From: an uncultured virus (IMG/VR IMGVR_UViG_3300031912_000006)
Lineage: Duplodnaviria; Heunggongvirae; Uroviricota; Caudoviricetes
Strand: one strand, 5' to 3'
IMG/VR virus record: IMGVR_UViG_3300031912_000006
Length of the DNA stretch: 64,000 nucleotides
The notes beneath the pieces are model-generated. The model saw only the letters and a list, made by a program, of their open reading frames with translations, searched no databases and had not been told where the DNA came from. This document shows positions 38,910 through 48,034 of the stretch, in pieces. The first letter of the stretch is position 1, and each line of letters starts with the position of its first letter. A program made the translations under genes and the position numbers.

Positions 38910-39043
38910 CGGTCTGGCCTAATCCTGTTCCACGTCGTGATGTTCGGCGGTTTGCGCGTACGCTTGGGCCTTGTCTGAATAACGTGCCACCAACGCCAAT
39001 ACCGTGTTAGCTTTCGCCCACAGCCTGGACATCTAGGCGTCAC
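38906..39043 (-). CDS. Small basic CxxC protein
   Basis: MTPRCPGCGRK...; 4-nt overlaps at both ends. Confidence 0.5.
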   Translation of the reverse strand: MTPRCPGCGRKLTRYWRWWHVIQTRPKRTRKPPNITTWNRIRPDR

Positions 39044-39369
39044 CAGGCGCGCTCCATCCTGCTGGGTTGCTCCATGGGTGGGCGAGTGTAGTTGGGCGGC
39101 TTGGTTTCTCGCACAAGTGGCGGCTGCGCGCCGTAGCGATCCGTGTTGCCGGCGACATACGGTGAAGGTTGGTCGGCAGGATTGGCCAAGTCGGTTCGCT
39201 TGATCGCGGCTAAGGCGAGCAACTGCGCTTCGCGGTCTGGGTCAGCGATGGGCACCTTGCTGCCTGCAGAATAATCAAAGCGTGGGTCAGGGAATCGTCC
39301 TGCACCCCAACCCATTTCAGATGACCGGTCAGTTTGGTCTTTGTCGAGCATGAAAGGTGTGTCAGGCAT
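39040..39369 (-). CDS. Hypothetical protein, first gene of the virion operon
   Basis: 109 aa; AGGA SD. Confidence 0.65.
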   Translation of the reverse strand: MPDTPFMLDKDQTDRSSEMGWGAGRFPDPRFDYSAGSKVPIADPDREAQLLALAAIKRTDLANPADQPSPYVAGNTDRYGAQPPLVRETKPPNYTRPPMEQPSRMERAW

Positions 39370-39499
39370 GGCCCAATCCTACGCCAACCCGCCACCGGCA
39401 CACCACATCTCGTGGCGCTTTCGTGCACTGTTGCGGCACTTGGGCGTTCATGTGGTGTGTGGTTCGCGTGAGGTGGCCGTGGCAGTGTGGGAGCAGTGC

Positions 39500-39528
39500 A
39501 AGATAATCGCCATCCTGGGTAACGTCAA
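39500..39528 (-). promoter_or_regulatory. Sigma-A-like promoter TTGACG-N17-TATCTT
   Basis: Read directly on the minus strand; points into the virion gene operon. Confidence 0.6.
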
Positions 39529-39792
39529 TTTTTGCGCCATCCTCCCTGGTCGGCTGGTAATTTGGGTAACGCTATTTTTCTTTTGTTACCCATTAAAAAG
39601 GCTGGTAGATATAGCTTTTGGGTAACGGGTAACAGGTAACACGGTTTGCTTAACGTAAGCAACTCCAAAATCGGCCTCTCGCGTTTGCACTATAAGAGCT
39701 TTCTGCGTCGGGCTGTTACCCAAATTACCTGTTCCCCAAAACATAGTTCTACCAGCGCTTTTCAGTGGGTAACAAAACGGGTAACGGGTAAC
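39517..39792. repeat. GGGTAAC iteron cluster with a ~58-bp imperfect inverted repeat (candidate replication origin)
   Basis: Nine exact GGGTAAC/GTTACCC copies plus variants; IR arms about 39583-39640 and 39715-39775. Confidence 0.75.
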
Positions 39793-39793
39793 A

Positions 39794-40000
39794 TTATCCG
39801 CCACGCTTTATGCCCACCACCCACTCAAGCGCTGCCAACCGGCTTGAAATAGCAAGTAGCGCCCACACTTTGGCTTTATCCACATCGCCTTCATCCATCT
39901 TCTCCATGGCATAATTTTCAGCAGTATCAGCGTCAGCTGTATACTCACCATAGCCACGGATAAGCGGCTCAGAACTTTTGGCTGAAACTTGTTGGCCCAT
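39794..40000 (-). CDS. Hypothetical protein
   Basis: 68 aa; overlaps the primase-helicase C-terminus. Confidence 0.5.
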   Translation of the reverse strand: MGQQVSAKSSEPLIRGYGEYTADADTAENYAMEKMDEGDVDKAKVWALLAISSRLAALEWVVGIKRGG

Positions 40001-42779
40001 CTTCTGGTTCCTCCTTGAATTTTATTCCCACATACACGCTCGTGCTCTTGCCGTTGATCTTCCTGTTCTCAGTCCTACCAATATCAAGTTCTCGTGTAAA
40101 CTGTGTCATCTCAACAGGTTCGCCACCGGCTAGCTTCGTCACTTTCCTGTAGTGCTCGTACACTCGCTTAGCTTCTGGCGTCCACGCCAACGGCCATTGG
40201 TACGCTGTCGGCTTAACCTTGCCACGTGCCTTCGCCTTCTCCATCGCTTTACTCGCTACACGCTTGCCCCATTCGTCGTGCTTGGCCTTAACCAAGTACT
40301 GCGCTATGTACGTTTGCACCGTATTCAATTCGCCAAGGAATGTGCGGTTTTGATCACGTACTCGTTGTGGCCATGTGGCGTACTGTAAGCCTTCGCGCTT
40401 ATAGTCTTTCCATCCCTCAATCAGCCACGCCAAAACTGCTACGCCACATATCCGTTCAATCTCTTGCTGTCGCTCGTATCTGCGCTTGGCGCTGCTAATC
40501 CTGTGATCTAGCGGTACCACCAACAGTCGCTCGTACAAAGCAGGGTCAGCGTTCGGTATCTTGGGCGGGTTATTACAAGCTATCAGCGCGGTGAATTGTG
40601 GTCTGCCCTCATAGATTTCATTGCTGTACTTAAGCTCAGCCACGATCTTATCATTGCCCGTTAGCTTCTTTACCATGTTCGCGTCAATGATGCCGCTCTT
40701 GGTAGCTTCTTCCATCTCGCTCATACCTACAATACGGTGCGGTACGGCGCGTACCAAGCCAGGGTTCAGTTCTTTCTGCTTAAACAGGTGCATATCAACA
40801 GTTCCGTAGTAATCACCCAAAGCGCCACTTACGGCACCGATTAGCGTGCTCTTGCCCGTATCACGTGGGCCAAACAGAAACACGATCTTCTTCTCTGGGT
40901 TTTCACCAATCAGCATATGCCCTAACACTTTACGCGCAAACAGCTGCAACTCCATGTCGGGCAAGAACTCATCAAGATACTCTTGCCATATCAAGAACGC
41001 ATCCAGTCGGTCACCATCGTCGCTAGCCAGTACGCGCCACGGTATGTAATCGACGTTCGTGTTGTAGGTTACGTAATCCTCTTTGCGTGGTGGCCTTACA
41101 TCAATGTCAAACTCGCCACCATCGAATGTACCATTGAGGTCAATTACGCCATTCTTACAGCCAAGCAAATGTGGGTAGCCATCTAACTTCATGGCGCTCA
41201 ACACAACTGGCTCGTCGTGTACGTAGCTGTGGCGCGCCATCTCTATGGCGTTCTTTACTGGTGAGGTATCACCACTACGCTTAGCCCAACTGATCCAAGC
41301 GTTAGCAACTGCTCGCAACGCTTTATTGTCTGGCTCCGCTGCAGCACGCTGTAACAACGTTTGCGCATGCATCTCCTGACGCTTACGCACCCTACGGTAC
41401 GCACTACGTATAAGTCTGTCTTCGTTATCTCGGTGCCAGCGTAAGCCATCCCACACAATCCAATTCTTACGTGCAGCAACGTATCTCAAGTTACCGCAGT
41501 ACAAGTCTACCAAGTGTTGCCCGTTGCCATCGTCGTGGCGCCCGTAGTTGTCGGCGGGTTTATCATCGCAAACGTGCATGGGCCCAATCACAGGGCCAAG
41601 GCCACCATAGTCGGCAGCTGCTACACGCTCATCATCGTCAAACTTCTTAGACCAATCATCAGTATTGCCATACTGTTTCGCGCACTTATCTGCTGGCAAG
41701 AAGCCACCAGCTGCGTCATACTGAAACTTTACTTTCGCTAGCGCGCCATGGACGCTACGCCAGCTTTCACCTTTCATTTCTTGCATGGCTCTGCGGCCGC
41801 TCTCACCGGCAACATCTACCCACGCATTCAGGTACTCCATCAACGCCCAGCCGAAGCCGCTATGGCCCTCAAGAGCGTTCAAGCACAAGCGCCATACCGT
41901 GGTGGTTAGCGGATGGTGTAGGTTGCTAGCATCCAAATCGCTTATGTACTTGGTTACTTCGCGGCGCATTAAGTCGCATGGCTCGCTTACGTCGTGGAAA
42001 GTATCGCCAGCCCAATCCCAAAGCGCATCCCAATCCCAATCGCTTTCGCCAGCAGCATCGCTACTCTCGCCAGTCTTGCGGATATGGTTAAACCATTCGA
42101 TAGGTAGCACGGTAGCTGCGCCCGCGCTCGGGATAGCGTCTAGCTCTCGCCAGCCATTGCTCCCACCGTAACGCCACAGGTAGCCGTTGCCGCTAGGGTG
42201 CCGCGACGGGTACGCCACCATATACCGCAATCCGTTAGCGATGATGTCGATGTGTTTGCAACCCGGCACTTTGCCGTGATATCGAAAGCCTTTGGGAACT
42301 AAGAACACCCGTAAGTTGCTGTTAGGCTCTGTAGACCAGCGGCTGCTGCTAGCTATGGTATCTGGTAGCGCGCCAAGCTGATCCTCAGTGCTACATAATT
42401 CGTCCCAGCCATGCTTATCGTCGTAGTCATCGACGTCGATGGCTAGGTGTTCCCACTCGGTTACCTGGCCAACGTCACCATAAATAAACGGTACGTCAAC
42501 AGGTTTGGCCACAATGGTAAACGCAAGCGCGATGTTGCCGTGGTACCAATCAGATGTCTCGTCTTTGGTATCTCGCAACCACTTACGTACGTGGTTGAGC
42601 GTTGGGTTTGGGTCACCAATCCCGTGAAAGCCGGATGGTGGTGCTTCCTTCTGGTTGGCGGGCAAAGGAAGCACACCCATCCATCCGGCATTTCGATAGT
42701 CTCTCGCGGCACTAGCGAACGGCCCGTCAGTCGATTCGTCCGAATTACTTTGGGGCACAACGCTATTGGCCATAGCCAC
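39969..42779 (-). CDS. DNA primase/polymerase-helicase (prim-pol + D5/SF3 helicase)
   Basis: IDVDD prim-pol motif; WDGLRW; Walker A GPRDTGKST; KKLTGND. Confidence 0.92.
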   Translation of the reverse strand: MAMANSVVPQSNSDESTDGPFASAARDYRNAGWMGVLPLPANQKEAPPSGFHGIGDPNPTLNHVRKWLRDTKDETSDWYHGNIALAFTIVAKPVDVPFIYGDVGQVTEWEHLAIDVDDYDDKHGWDELCSTEDQLGALPDTIASSSRWSTEPNSNLRVFLVPKGFRYHGKVPGCKHIDIIANGLRYMVAYPSRHPSGNGYLWRYGGSNGWRELDAIPSAGAATVLPIEWFNHIRKTGESSDAAGESDWDWDALWDWAGDTFHDVSEPCDLMRREVTKYISDLDASNLHHPLTTTVWRLCLNALEGHSGFGWALMEYLNAWVDVAGESGRRAMQEMKGESWRSVHGALAKVKFQYDAAGGFLPADKCAKQYGNTDDWSKKFDDDERVAAADYGGLGPVIGPMHVCDDKPADNYGRHDDGNGQHLVDLYCGNLRYVAARKNWIVWDGLRWHRDNEDRLIRSAYRRVRKRQEMHAQTLLQRAAAEPDNKALRAVANAWISWAKRSGDTSPVKNAIEMARHSYVHDEPVVLSAMKLDGYPHLLGCKNGVIDLNGTFDGGEFDIDVRPPRKEDYVTYNTNVDYIPWRVLASDDGDRLDAFLIWQEYLDEFLPDMELQLFARKVLGHMLIGENPEKKIVFLFGPRDTGKSTLIGAVSGALGDYYGTVDMHLFKQKELNPGLVRAVPHRIVGMSEMEEATKSGIIDANMVKKLTGNDKIVAELKYSNEIYEGRPQFTALIACNNPPKIPNADPALYERLLVVPLDHRISSAKRRYERQQEIERICGVAVLAWLIEGWKDYKREGLQYATWPQRVRDQNRTFLGELNTVQTYIAQYLVKAKHDEWGKRVASKAMEKAKARGKVKPTAYQWPLAWTPEAKRVYEHYRKVTKLAGGEPVEMTQFTRELDIGRTENRKINGKSTSVYVGIKFKEEPEDGPTSFSQKF

Positions 42780-42844
42780 ACCCTTCGCCCGCCATGGGTT
42801 ACGTTAACGCCAGGTTACTTTACGCCTAATCGCGCCGTTTCGGG

Positions 42845-43270
42845 TTAGTTCTCCGTACTCCGTCGCGTAATCTCGTCCAGCGCTCCTGGCTCTTCCAAAA
42901 GGTTTACGGTGCAAGCAGTTAGCAACGCAGCCAACATGTTACCGATCAACTCGATTGGCTTATCAGCAAACTCGGTAAGCAACTTCACGTACAAATCTGC
43001 TACAGAACGTTCGCTGTGCTCGCGCATTTGCTTAGCGTTCTCTATCACCACGGTACGGCAGAGGCTATCCATGTCCTCATAGCACTTCATGACGAAACTC
43101 TGAAGGCCATCGCCAACCTCATCTTCGTCAACGACCCGCCCACTACTCGGCAGGCCTTTCTTCAGATCGTATGCCGTACCAGCTAAACGCACCATCGTCG
43201 CGTTGCCGTTGCCGTTATCCTCGCTGACGAGTAGCAGCATGTAAACTTCGCTGTCGGTCTTTTCAGGCAT
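42845..43270 (-). CDS. Hypothetical protein (start re-called at MPEKTD)
   Basis: AAGGAG SD. Confidence 0.6.
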   Translation of the reverse strand: MPEKTDSEVYMLLLVSEDNGNGNATMVRLAGTAYDLKKGLPSSGRVVDEDEVGDGLQSFVMKCYEDMDSLCRTVVIENAKQMREHSERSVADLYVKLLTEFADKPIELIGNMLAALLTACTVNLLEEPGALDEITRRSTEN

Positions 43271-43359
43271 TCGTAACTCCTTGTCTTCAAAGGTATTTGG
43301 GATTTGCTCGTTTGGTCTCGCAGCGACGGCCATCAAAGCTCAATGTATCGTTCGTGAAC

Positions 43360-43620
43360 TTAATGGTCTCCACTACCCTTAGCATCGCCTCCAGCGTCAC
43401 CATGTACTCGCCACGGTGATTCTCCCTTAAGCTGTTGAGCCGCATGACGTTTGCGGTAACCCTGTTTGGCTGTTTTGCGCCAACCGGAGTTACGCCGCAT
43501 GGTACGGTTAGGTACACGTCGAACCTCCTCAGGTTTAGGCTCTTGCTGCGCTGGTAGCAAAGTGCCGTGGGTCAACTTACGCGATACAACCGACTTACGC
43601 GGTATATCACCTTCAGTCAT
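43360..43620 (-). CDS. Hypothetical basic protein
   Basis: ORF from MTEGDIP, overlapping the upstream stop. Confidence 0.45.
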   Translation of the reverse strand: MTEGDIPRKSVVSRKLTHGTLLPAQQEPKPEEVRRVPNRTMRRNSGWRKTAKQGYRKRHAAQQLKGESPWRVHGDAGGDAKGSGDH

Positions 43621-43954
43621 GTATCCGCTCACGCACGTTTCCGTTCTCGTCGTAAAGCAAGTGTACGTGCGGTGGTGATGCTTCGTATTTGGTAGCCAGC
43701 TGGTCGATGTAGTTAGGCCATGGCACATCCCTTCGGTTGGCGATTTCGATCAGGACAATGTCAATGCCCTGGTGCTGAAGCATTCCTGAAACCTCTTGCA
43801 AATCAATGCCTTTGCTTGGCGGTACTAAGCGTGGATCGTTAAGGTCAAGGATTGGCTTAATCACTATCTCACCACAATCCATGCAAACGTTGTGCCCCTC
43901 AATAACTGACGTTCGATGGTGGTGCCATCCTGAGTTCTCAACCGACATTAGCAC
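43613..43954 (-). CDS. Hypothetical protein
   Basis: 113 aa. Confidence 0.55.
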   Translation of the reverse strand: MLMSVENSGWHHHRTSVIEGHNVCMDCGEIVIKPILDLNDPRLVPPSKGIDLQEVSGMLQHQGIDIVLIEIANRRDVPWPNYIDQLATKYEASPPHVHLLYDENGNVRERIHD

Positions 43955-44222
43955 TGCCCCATATCGTTAAGTCGTCACGCCACTCCTCAAGCTGCGTATC
44001 GACTAGCGTATTGCCGTCGCTACAGGCGTGCTCAAGGTCATAGATAGCGTCAGCCAATTCGTCAGCGCCCACAGCTGCGGCCGCTGCCTCTTCCAAGTCG
44101 GGCATCTCTGGGTCCTTCAATTTGCTTGCACTTCTATGTACTTGGCTCGCATGGATACGTAATGCCGACATCTCATCCATAAACTGCAGCCTCTGGTCGA
44201 TACTCGTTAAATCGTCATTCAT
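43938..44222 (-). CDS. Hypothetical acidic protein
   Basis: 94 aa; AAGGAG SD. Confidence 0.6.
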   Translation of the reverse strand: MNDDLTSIDQRLQFMDEMSALRIHASQVHRSASKLKDPEMPDLEEAAAAAVGADELADAIYDLEHACSDGNTLVDTQLEEWRDDLTIWGSANVG

Positions 44223-44496
44223 GTTGTGCTCCTTGTCGATTCATTTCTTGCAGTATGTCTCGTAACCGTTTGTTACGCGATAGTGTCCCTGTGGCGTAAC
44301 CTTCGTGCCCATCCCACTCTTTGCGGCTGGTTATATGCCAGCTGCCGTGCGTGCGATAGACTCTGCCTGTGCCAGAAGCGATTTGGCCGCTATCTCGCAT
44401 CTGCTGTAGCACAATGATGGCATCGCGTTTAGTAGGGTAAGCGCGCTTACCACACTTCTCACACGGGACTGGGTGCGCTACCATTGCCACGTCCAC
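44215..44496 (-). CDS. Hypothetical Zn-binding protein
   Basis: CxxCGKRAY...WHITS motif. Confidence 0.6.
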   Translation of the reverse strand: MDVAMVAHPVPCEKCGKRAYPTKRDAIIVLQQMRDSGQIASGTGRVYRTHGSWHITSRKEWDGHEGYATGTLSRNKRLRDILQEMNRQGAQHE

Positions 44497-44732
44497 TCTA
44501 CTAAGCCATCGTTGACGCCACCAATCGTCTGCTGCTCGTGGTCACCTGCGTGCCGGCCCTCCACTGCTCGCTTCGTACATAGGTGGCCATCACCGTCGTG
44601 GCTACCGCAGCGACCCGCCATGTGGAGTGCGCGTTGCGCTGCGGCGATGGCTGTTGGGTGCCGTCGCTTACTACGCTCACGCGATGCCTTCTGACGTGCA
44701 GCTAGCTTGGCGGCCTCATCCTTGCTGTCCAT
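44478..44732 (-). CDS. Hypothetical protein
   Basis: C..C..H..H pattern; packed in the operon. Confidence 0.55.
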   Translation of the reverse strand: MDSKDEAAKLAARQKASRERSKRRHPTAIAAAQRALHMAGRCGSHDGDGHLCTKRAVEGRHAGDHEQQTIGGVNDGLVEWTWQW

Positions 44733-45114
44733 GGTCTGCCGCCTTCTCAATAGTTACCGGCATCATGGTCGCGCCAAGCGAACCTTCGCCTTCAAACGAA
44801 AGCTGTTGCGGCTCAACAGATACAGCTTCGCCAATCGGCTCAACAACTTTAGCTGGCTCAACGCGCACGTTCACGCCTGCGACAGCTTCAGGCGGGACAT
44901 CGTACTCGCCACCAGATTCTTCCATCCACTTCGCGTACAACTCCAGGAAGCTCTCATCCCAGGTACCAAAGAAGATGCCGAATAGTGCGTGCAGGCAAGC
45001 CTTTTCAGTTTCATAGCCTCTTTGCGATGTCCCGACGATGTTCTGGGTGTCGCTCCATATCGTCCATCGCCATTGGCCAAGCACCAACCTTATCTCCATA
45101 TGATGTTGTGTCAT
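44716..45114 (-). CDS. YegP/DUF1508-like domain protein
   Basis: QWRW...NIVGTSQRGYETEKAC motif. Confidence 0.55.
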   Translation of the reverse strand: MTQHHMEIRLVLGQWRWTIWSDTQNIVGTSQRGYETEKACLHALFGIFFGTWDESFLELYAKWMEESGGEYDVPPEAVAGVNVRVEPAKVVEPIGEAVSVEPQQLSFEGEGSLGATMMPVTIEKAADHGQQG

Positions 45115-45132
45115 AACAGTTTTCCCTTCTTG

Positions 45133-45381
45133 TTACGGCATTGTTGCCGGCTTGTACTCTCCATAGATGTCACCTTCGTACAGGTAACGGTTCATCGACA
45201 GGTCTGCCTTAGCTCGCCATATCTCAAGCTCCAACTCTTGCAACGACTTTCGTGATTGGTTGAGTTGGTACAGCTTCGTAAAGCAGTAAGCAGATATAGC
45301 TAGCAGGACGATCACGATCACCCATTTGATCATGACGAAGACAGCCGCCATCGCGCCTAAGCCCATCAAGACTTTGATCAC
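45133..45381 (-). CDS. Small membrane protein
   Basis: N-terminal hydrophobic stretch. Confidence 0.6.
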   Translation of the reverse strand: MIKVLMGLGAMAAVFVMIKWVIVIVLLAISAYCFTKLYQLNQSRKSLQELELEIWRAKADLSMNRYLYEGDIYGEYKPATMP

Positions 45382-45486
45382 ATCACCCTGTCCTTACGAC
45401 ATAGAAATAGGCAATCCCGGTGGCTGCCAAGCATGCAATCGCTACACCAGCAACGACAAGTTTGCGCCAGTTCAAGCGCCACCTCA

Positions 45487-45741
45487 TCACCTTCCGTTCC
45501 CTGCAAAGTGGTACCCTTCCGCTTCGGCTCCAGCAATTATCAAGTGCCGCATGACTTCTGAGACACTTCGGTAACCGCCGTGCGCTCGGTAGCTCTCTAA
45601 GAACTTGAGCAGGCTCAGTTCCATGTAAGTCGAGACACGCTCGCTGTGCCCACGCGACCGTATCATTACGGGCAGCGTACGATGGCCCAGGTAAACCTCT
45701 TTAGGTTTCCTGAACCGCTGGTCTCTCGCTAATTCGGGCAT
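45487..45741 (-). CDS. Ribbon-helix-helix-like DNA-binding protein
   Basis: RVSTYM...SVSEVMRHLI. Confidence 0.55.
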   Translation of the reverse strand: MPELARDQRFRKPKEVYLGHRTLPVMIRSRGHSERVSTYMELSLLKFLESYRAHGGYRSVSEVMRHLIIAGAEAEGYHFAGNGR

Positions 45742-45744
45742 ACC

Positions 45745-45987
45745 CTATCTTACTCCTTCGGCCCGGTTCGGCCTAGTCCGATTCTCTTTTAGTCTGGCGC
45801 GTTTGGTGCACTTTTGCGCGTGTTCGCGTGCGTACTTCTCAGACGCTACACTATGGCGCACACCAATTCTCACCACGCTCCAGCAATTTGTACACGTCGC
45901 TAGCTCGCCGATATGCTCGATAAAGCCAAGTTTAGCAACTGCTCTCGCAAAGCTGTTATCCTGCAATGTAAGCACCGCGCTCTCCAT
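45745..45987 (-). CDS. Hypothetical Zn-finger protein
   Basis: CTNC...HAQKC. Confidence 0.5.
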   Translation of the reverse strand: MESAVLTLQDNSFARAVAKLGFIEHIGELATCTNCWSVVRIGVRHSVASEKYAREHAQKCTKRARLKENRTRPNRAEGVR

Positions 45988-46633
45988 ATAGATGCGGGAA
46001 CGCCATAGCGCGAAAGTCCTTGCGCGCCTTACACTTTCGCAGGAACAGTAGCGCGTGGCGGTCTGCGTCGCGGGCGTGTACTAAGCTGCCTACCGGGTCA
46101 TACATTCTCCATTCCTTAAGCCGCTCGTCAGAGCAAATACGCTTCGCATCGCCAGGGGATTGAACATGGTAGTCGCGCCCACTACGCCACAGGCAGTAGC
46201 CCAGCGCGGCTGTGATACGTACTGGACTCAATAAGTCTCTGTCCCTTCGGAATTGGTTCAATGTAAAGTCCTCAACCACGACTGCGGCACAAGGCCACGT
46301 GTGGATGAATTTCGCAAGATCATAGACCCCACTGAACTCTCCGTCGGTGCTGATACCTGTATGGAAAGATGTCCCCAGATTACCACGGTGCGTCCCACAA
46401 TCGACTTGCCCGTGTTGGTGCATGAATATGTTGTCGAGCACGCCGGCATCTTGCTCAACCAGCGATCCAGGATGTACCGAGATAAGCGACCAGCCGGTTG
46501 TACCGCCAGGGTCAATCGCAATGACCGTTGCTGCGTCGTAAGAGATTTCATCATCGTTCAAGTATCCCCTCCTGCGACGGGTGCGCTTCTCCAGATCAAC
46601 GGTCGTAATACCGCGCATAGCAACGGTATTCAT
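45956..46633 (-). CDS. RuvC-like Holliday junction resolvase
   Basis: IAIDPGGTTG, VVEDF, HARDA acidic motifs. Confidence 0.8.
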   Translation of the reverse strand: MNTVAMRGITTVDLEKRTRRRRGYLNDDEISYDAATVIAIDPGGTTGWSLISVHPGSLVEQDAGVLDNIFMHQHGQVDCGTHRGNLGTSFHTGISTDGEFSGVYDLAKFIHTWPCAAVVVEDFTLNQFRRDRDLLSPVRITAALGYCLWRSGRDYHVQSPGDAKRICSDERLKEWRMYDPVGSLVHARDADRHALLFLRKCKARKDFRAMAFPHLYGERGAYIAG

Positions 46634-46680
46634 TGTCCTTCGCCTCCCATCGTCTAGAGAGGCGCACCCGCCAAGGTTAG

Positions 46681-47736
46681 TTACTGCGAAATACGTGCTG
46701 CTTCTTGGTTATTCATCCATTCGTAGTCTTTGATTGGTGGCAGCAATACTCTGCTAGTGCCTTCAAGTACAGCCACACCAGGCTCATTGCCCCAATTACT
46801 ACTGGCAATACCGTGCTCGTGGAAGTCCTGTACCCGGCCACGTATCGCGCAGAATCTGTCGCCTTCGCTCATGAACTCGCACTTGCCCGTCTTGTAGCAG
46901 ATGGGCTTGAACAGCGTAGCTAGCTCGTTGAACTGCCAGCGGTCTGCTGCCCGTATGTGGTCGTGTCCGTAGCGCTGTATTGCTTGAATTATCTTGCGCC
47001 ACACTAACTTCCACTCGAACTGGGCTTGTGTGCAAAGTCGCAATCCCGAGTGCTCAAGCAGGCCTCTGAGGCTGGTGTTGTAGTTAATTCGCGTAAGCAG
47101 ATTAGTAGGAAGAATGCCCCGTGCGTCCTCAGCTGGCATCCCTGCGTTGACGAGTGCGTTGTATGAGTCACTTATATCCCCCACCATATCATCCCATATT
47201 CGGCGCCACTGTTGTTCTTTCGTGGCTTGCGTATTCGCGTAGTCGGTAACCATTTTGACACGTTCTGGAAAGTCTCCAGCAGCAGTACTCATGTCTGGGA
47301 ACAGATCATGCGAACACTGTACCAACCACACGTCCCATGGCACCGTATCGGTTAACGATGGCGGAAGTCCAACGGGTACATCCTCTTTCACCGCAAATCG
47401 TGTAGATTCCTGACAATACGTAGCTGTACGCTGCCGGACCATCTGATGGGTGAATCCTCTTGTGACGCCGTGAATAATGAAGTGGAAATTGACAAACTCA
47501 AGTGGCGCCGCGAGAACGTTCTTGCGAACATCCGAAAGGTAGAACCGTCGTTCATCGTCCGTGATCTCTGAGAGGTCTTTGACGTATTCACCTTTGTACA
47601 TCTTCGCAGCTGATGCGATAGTTCCGAGAGGATCACTGTTACACGAAAGTAGTTGGACCTCTGGACCTTTAGCCACGTCGATAGGCGCGGCTGTGAACAT
47701 AGCAACATCAGCCCACTTCTGTACTTGTTTCTCCAC
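46681..47736 (-). CDS. thyX: ThyX-like flavin-dependent thymidylate synthase
   Basis: LEFV, THQMVRQR-x7-S, EDARGILP, LRLC..AQFE. Confidence 0.88.
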   Translation of the reverse strand: MEKQVQKWADVAMFTAAPIDVAKGPEVQLLSCNSDPLGTIASAAKMYKGEYVKDLSEITDDERRFYLSDVRKNVLAAPLEFVNFHFIIHGVTRGFTHQMVRQRTATYCQESTRFAVKEDVPVGLPPSLTDTVPWDVWLVQCSHDLFPDMSTAAGDFPERVKMVTDYANTQATKEQQWRRIWDDMVGDISDSYNALVNAGMPAEDARGILPTNLLTRINYNTSLRGLLEHSGLRLCTQAQFEWKLVWRKIIQAIQRYGHDHIRAADRWQFNELATLFKPICYKTGKCEFMSEGDRFCAIRGRVQDFHEHGIASSNWGNEPGVAVLEGTSRVLLPPIKDYEWMNNQEAARISQ

Positions 47737-48034
47737 TTACATTCCCTTCTAGTTGTTCCAGCGGTACGCCAGCCAAGTAGGCGTACTCTTTGGACATTAA
47801 CTCCTGCTTCGGTATGACGATACAATCGGTGGGTATGTCCCCAACCACCACCGTCATGTACTTCGGTTCAATCCCCATCTCTCGCAACAGCTTTAGAATG
47901 GGCTTCTGCTGCTGACTGCCCATCACGCCAGCCATCTTCTGTAGCAGCGACATAGCTTGTGCTCGTTGCTGTTCCGTCACATGCTGAGTGGCGGGGTTCA
48001 CATACCCGTCACTTAATCCAGACATAACCCCCAC
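47708..48034 (-). CDS. Hypothetical protein
   Basis: 108 aa between dnaE and thyX. Confidence 0.6.
   Translation of the reverse strand: MGVMSGLSDGYVNPATQHVTEQQRAQAMSLLQKMAGVMGSQQQKPILKLLREMGIEPKYMTVVVGDIPTDCIVIPKQELMSKEYAYLAGVPLEQLEGNVSGETSTEVG

Noticed and set aside
39586..39852. Short ORFs across the iteron region
   Set aside because: Their translations simply mirror the DNA repeats; a non-coding role explains the pattern better.
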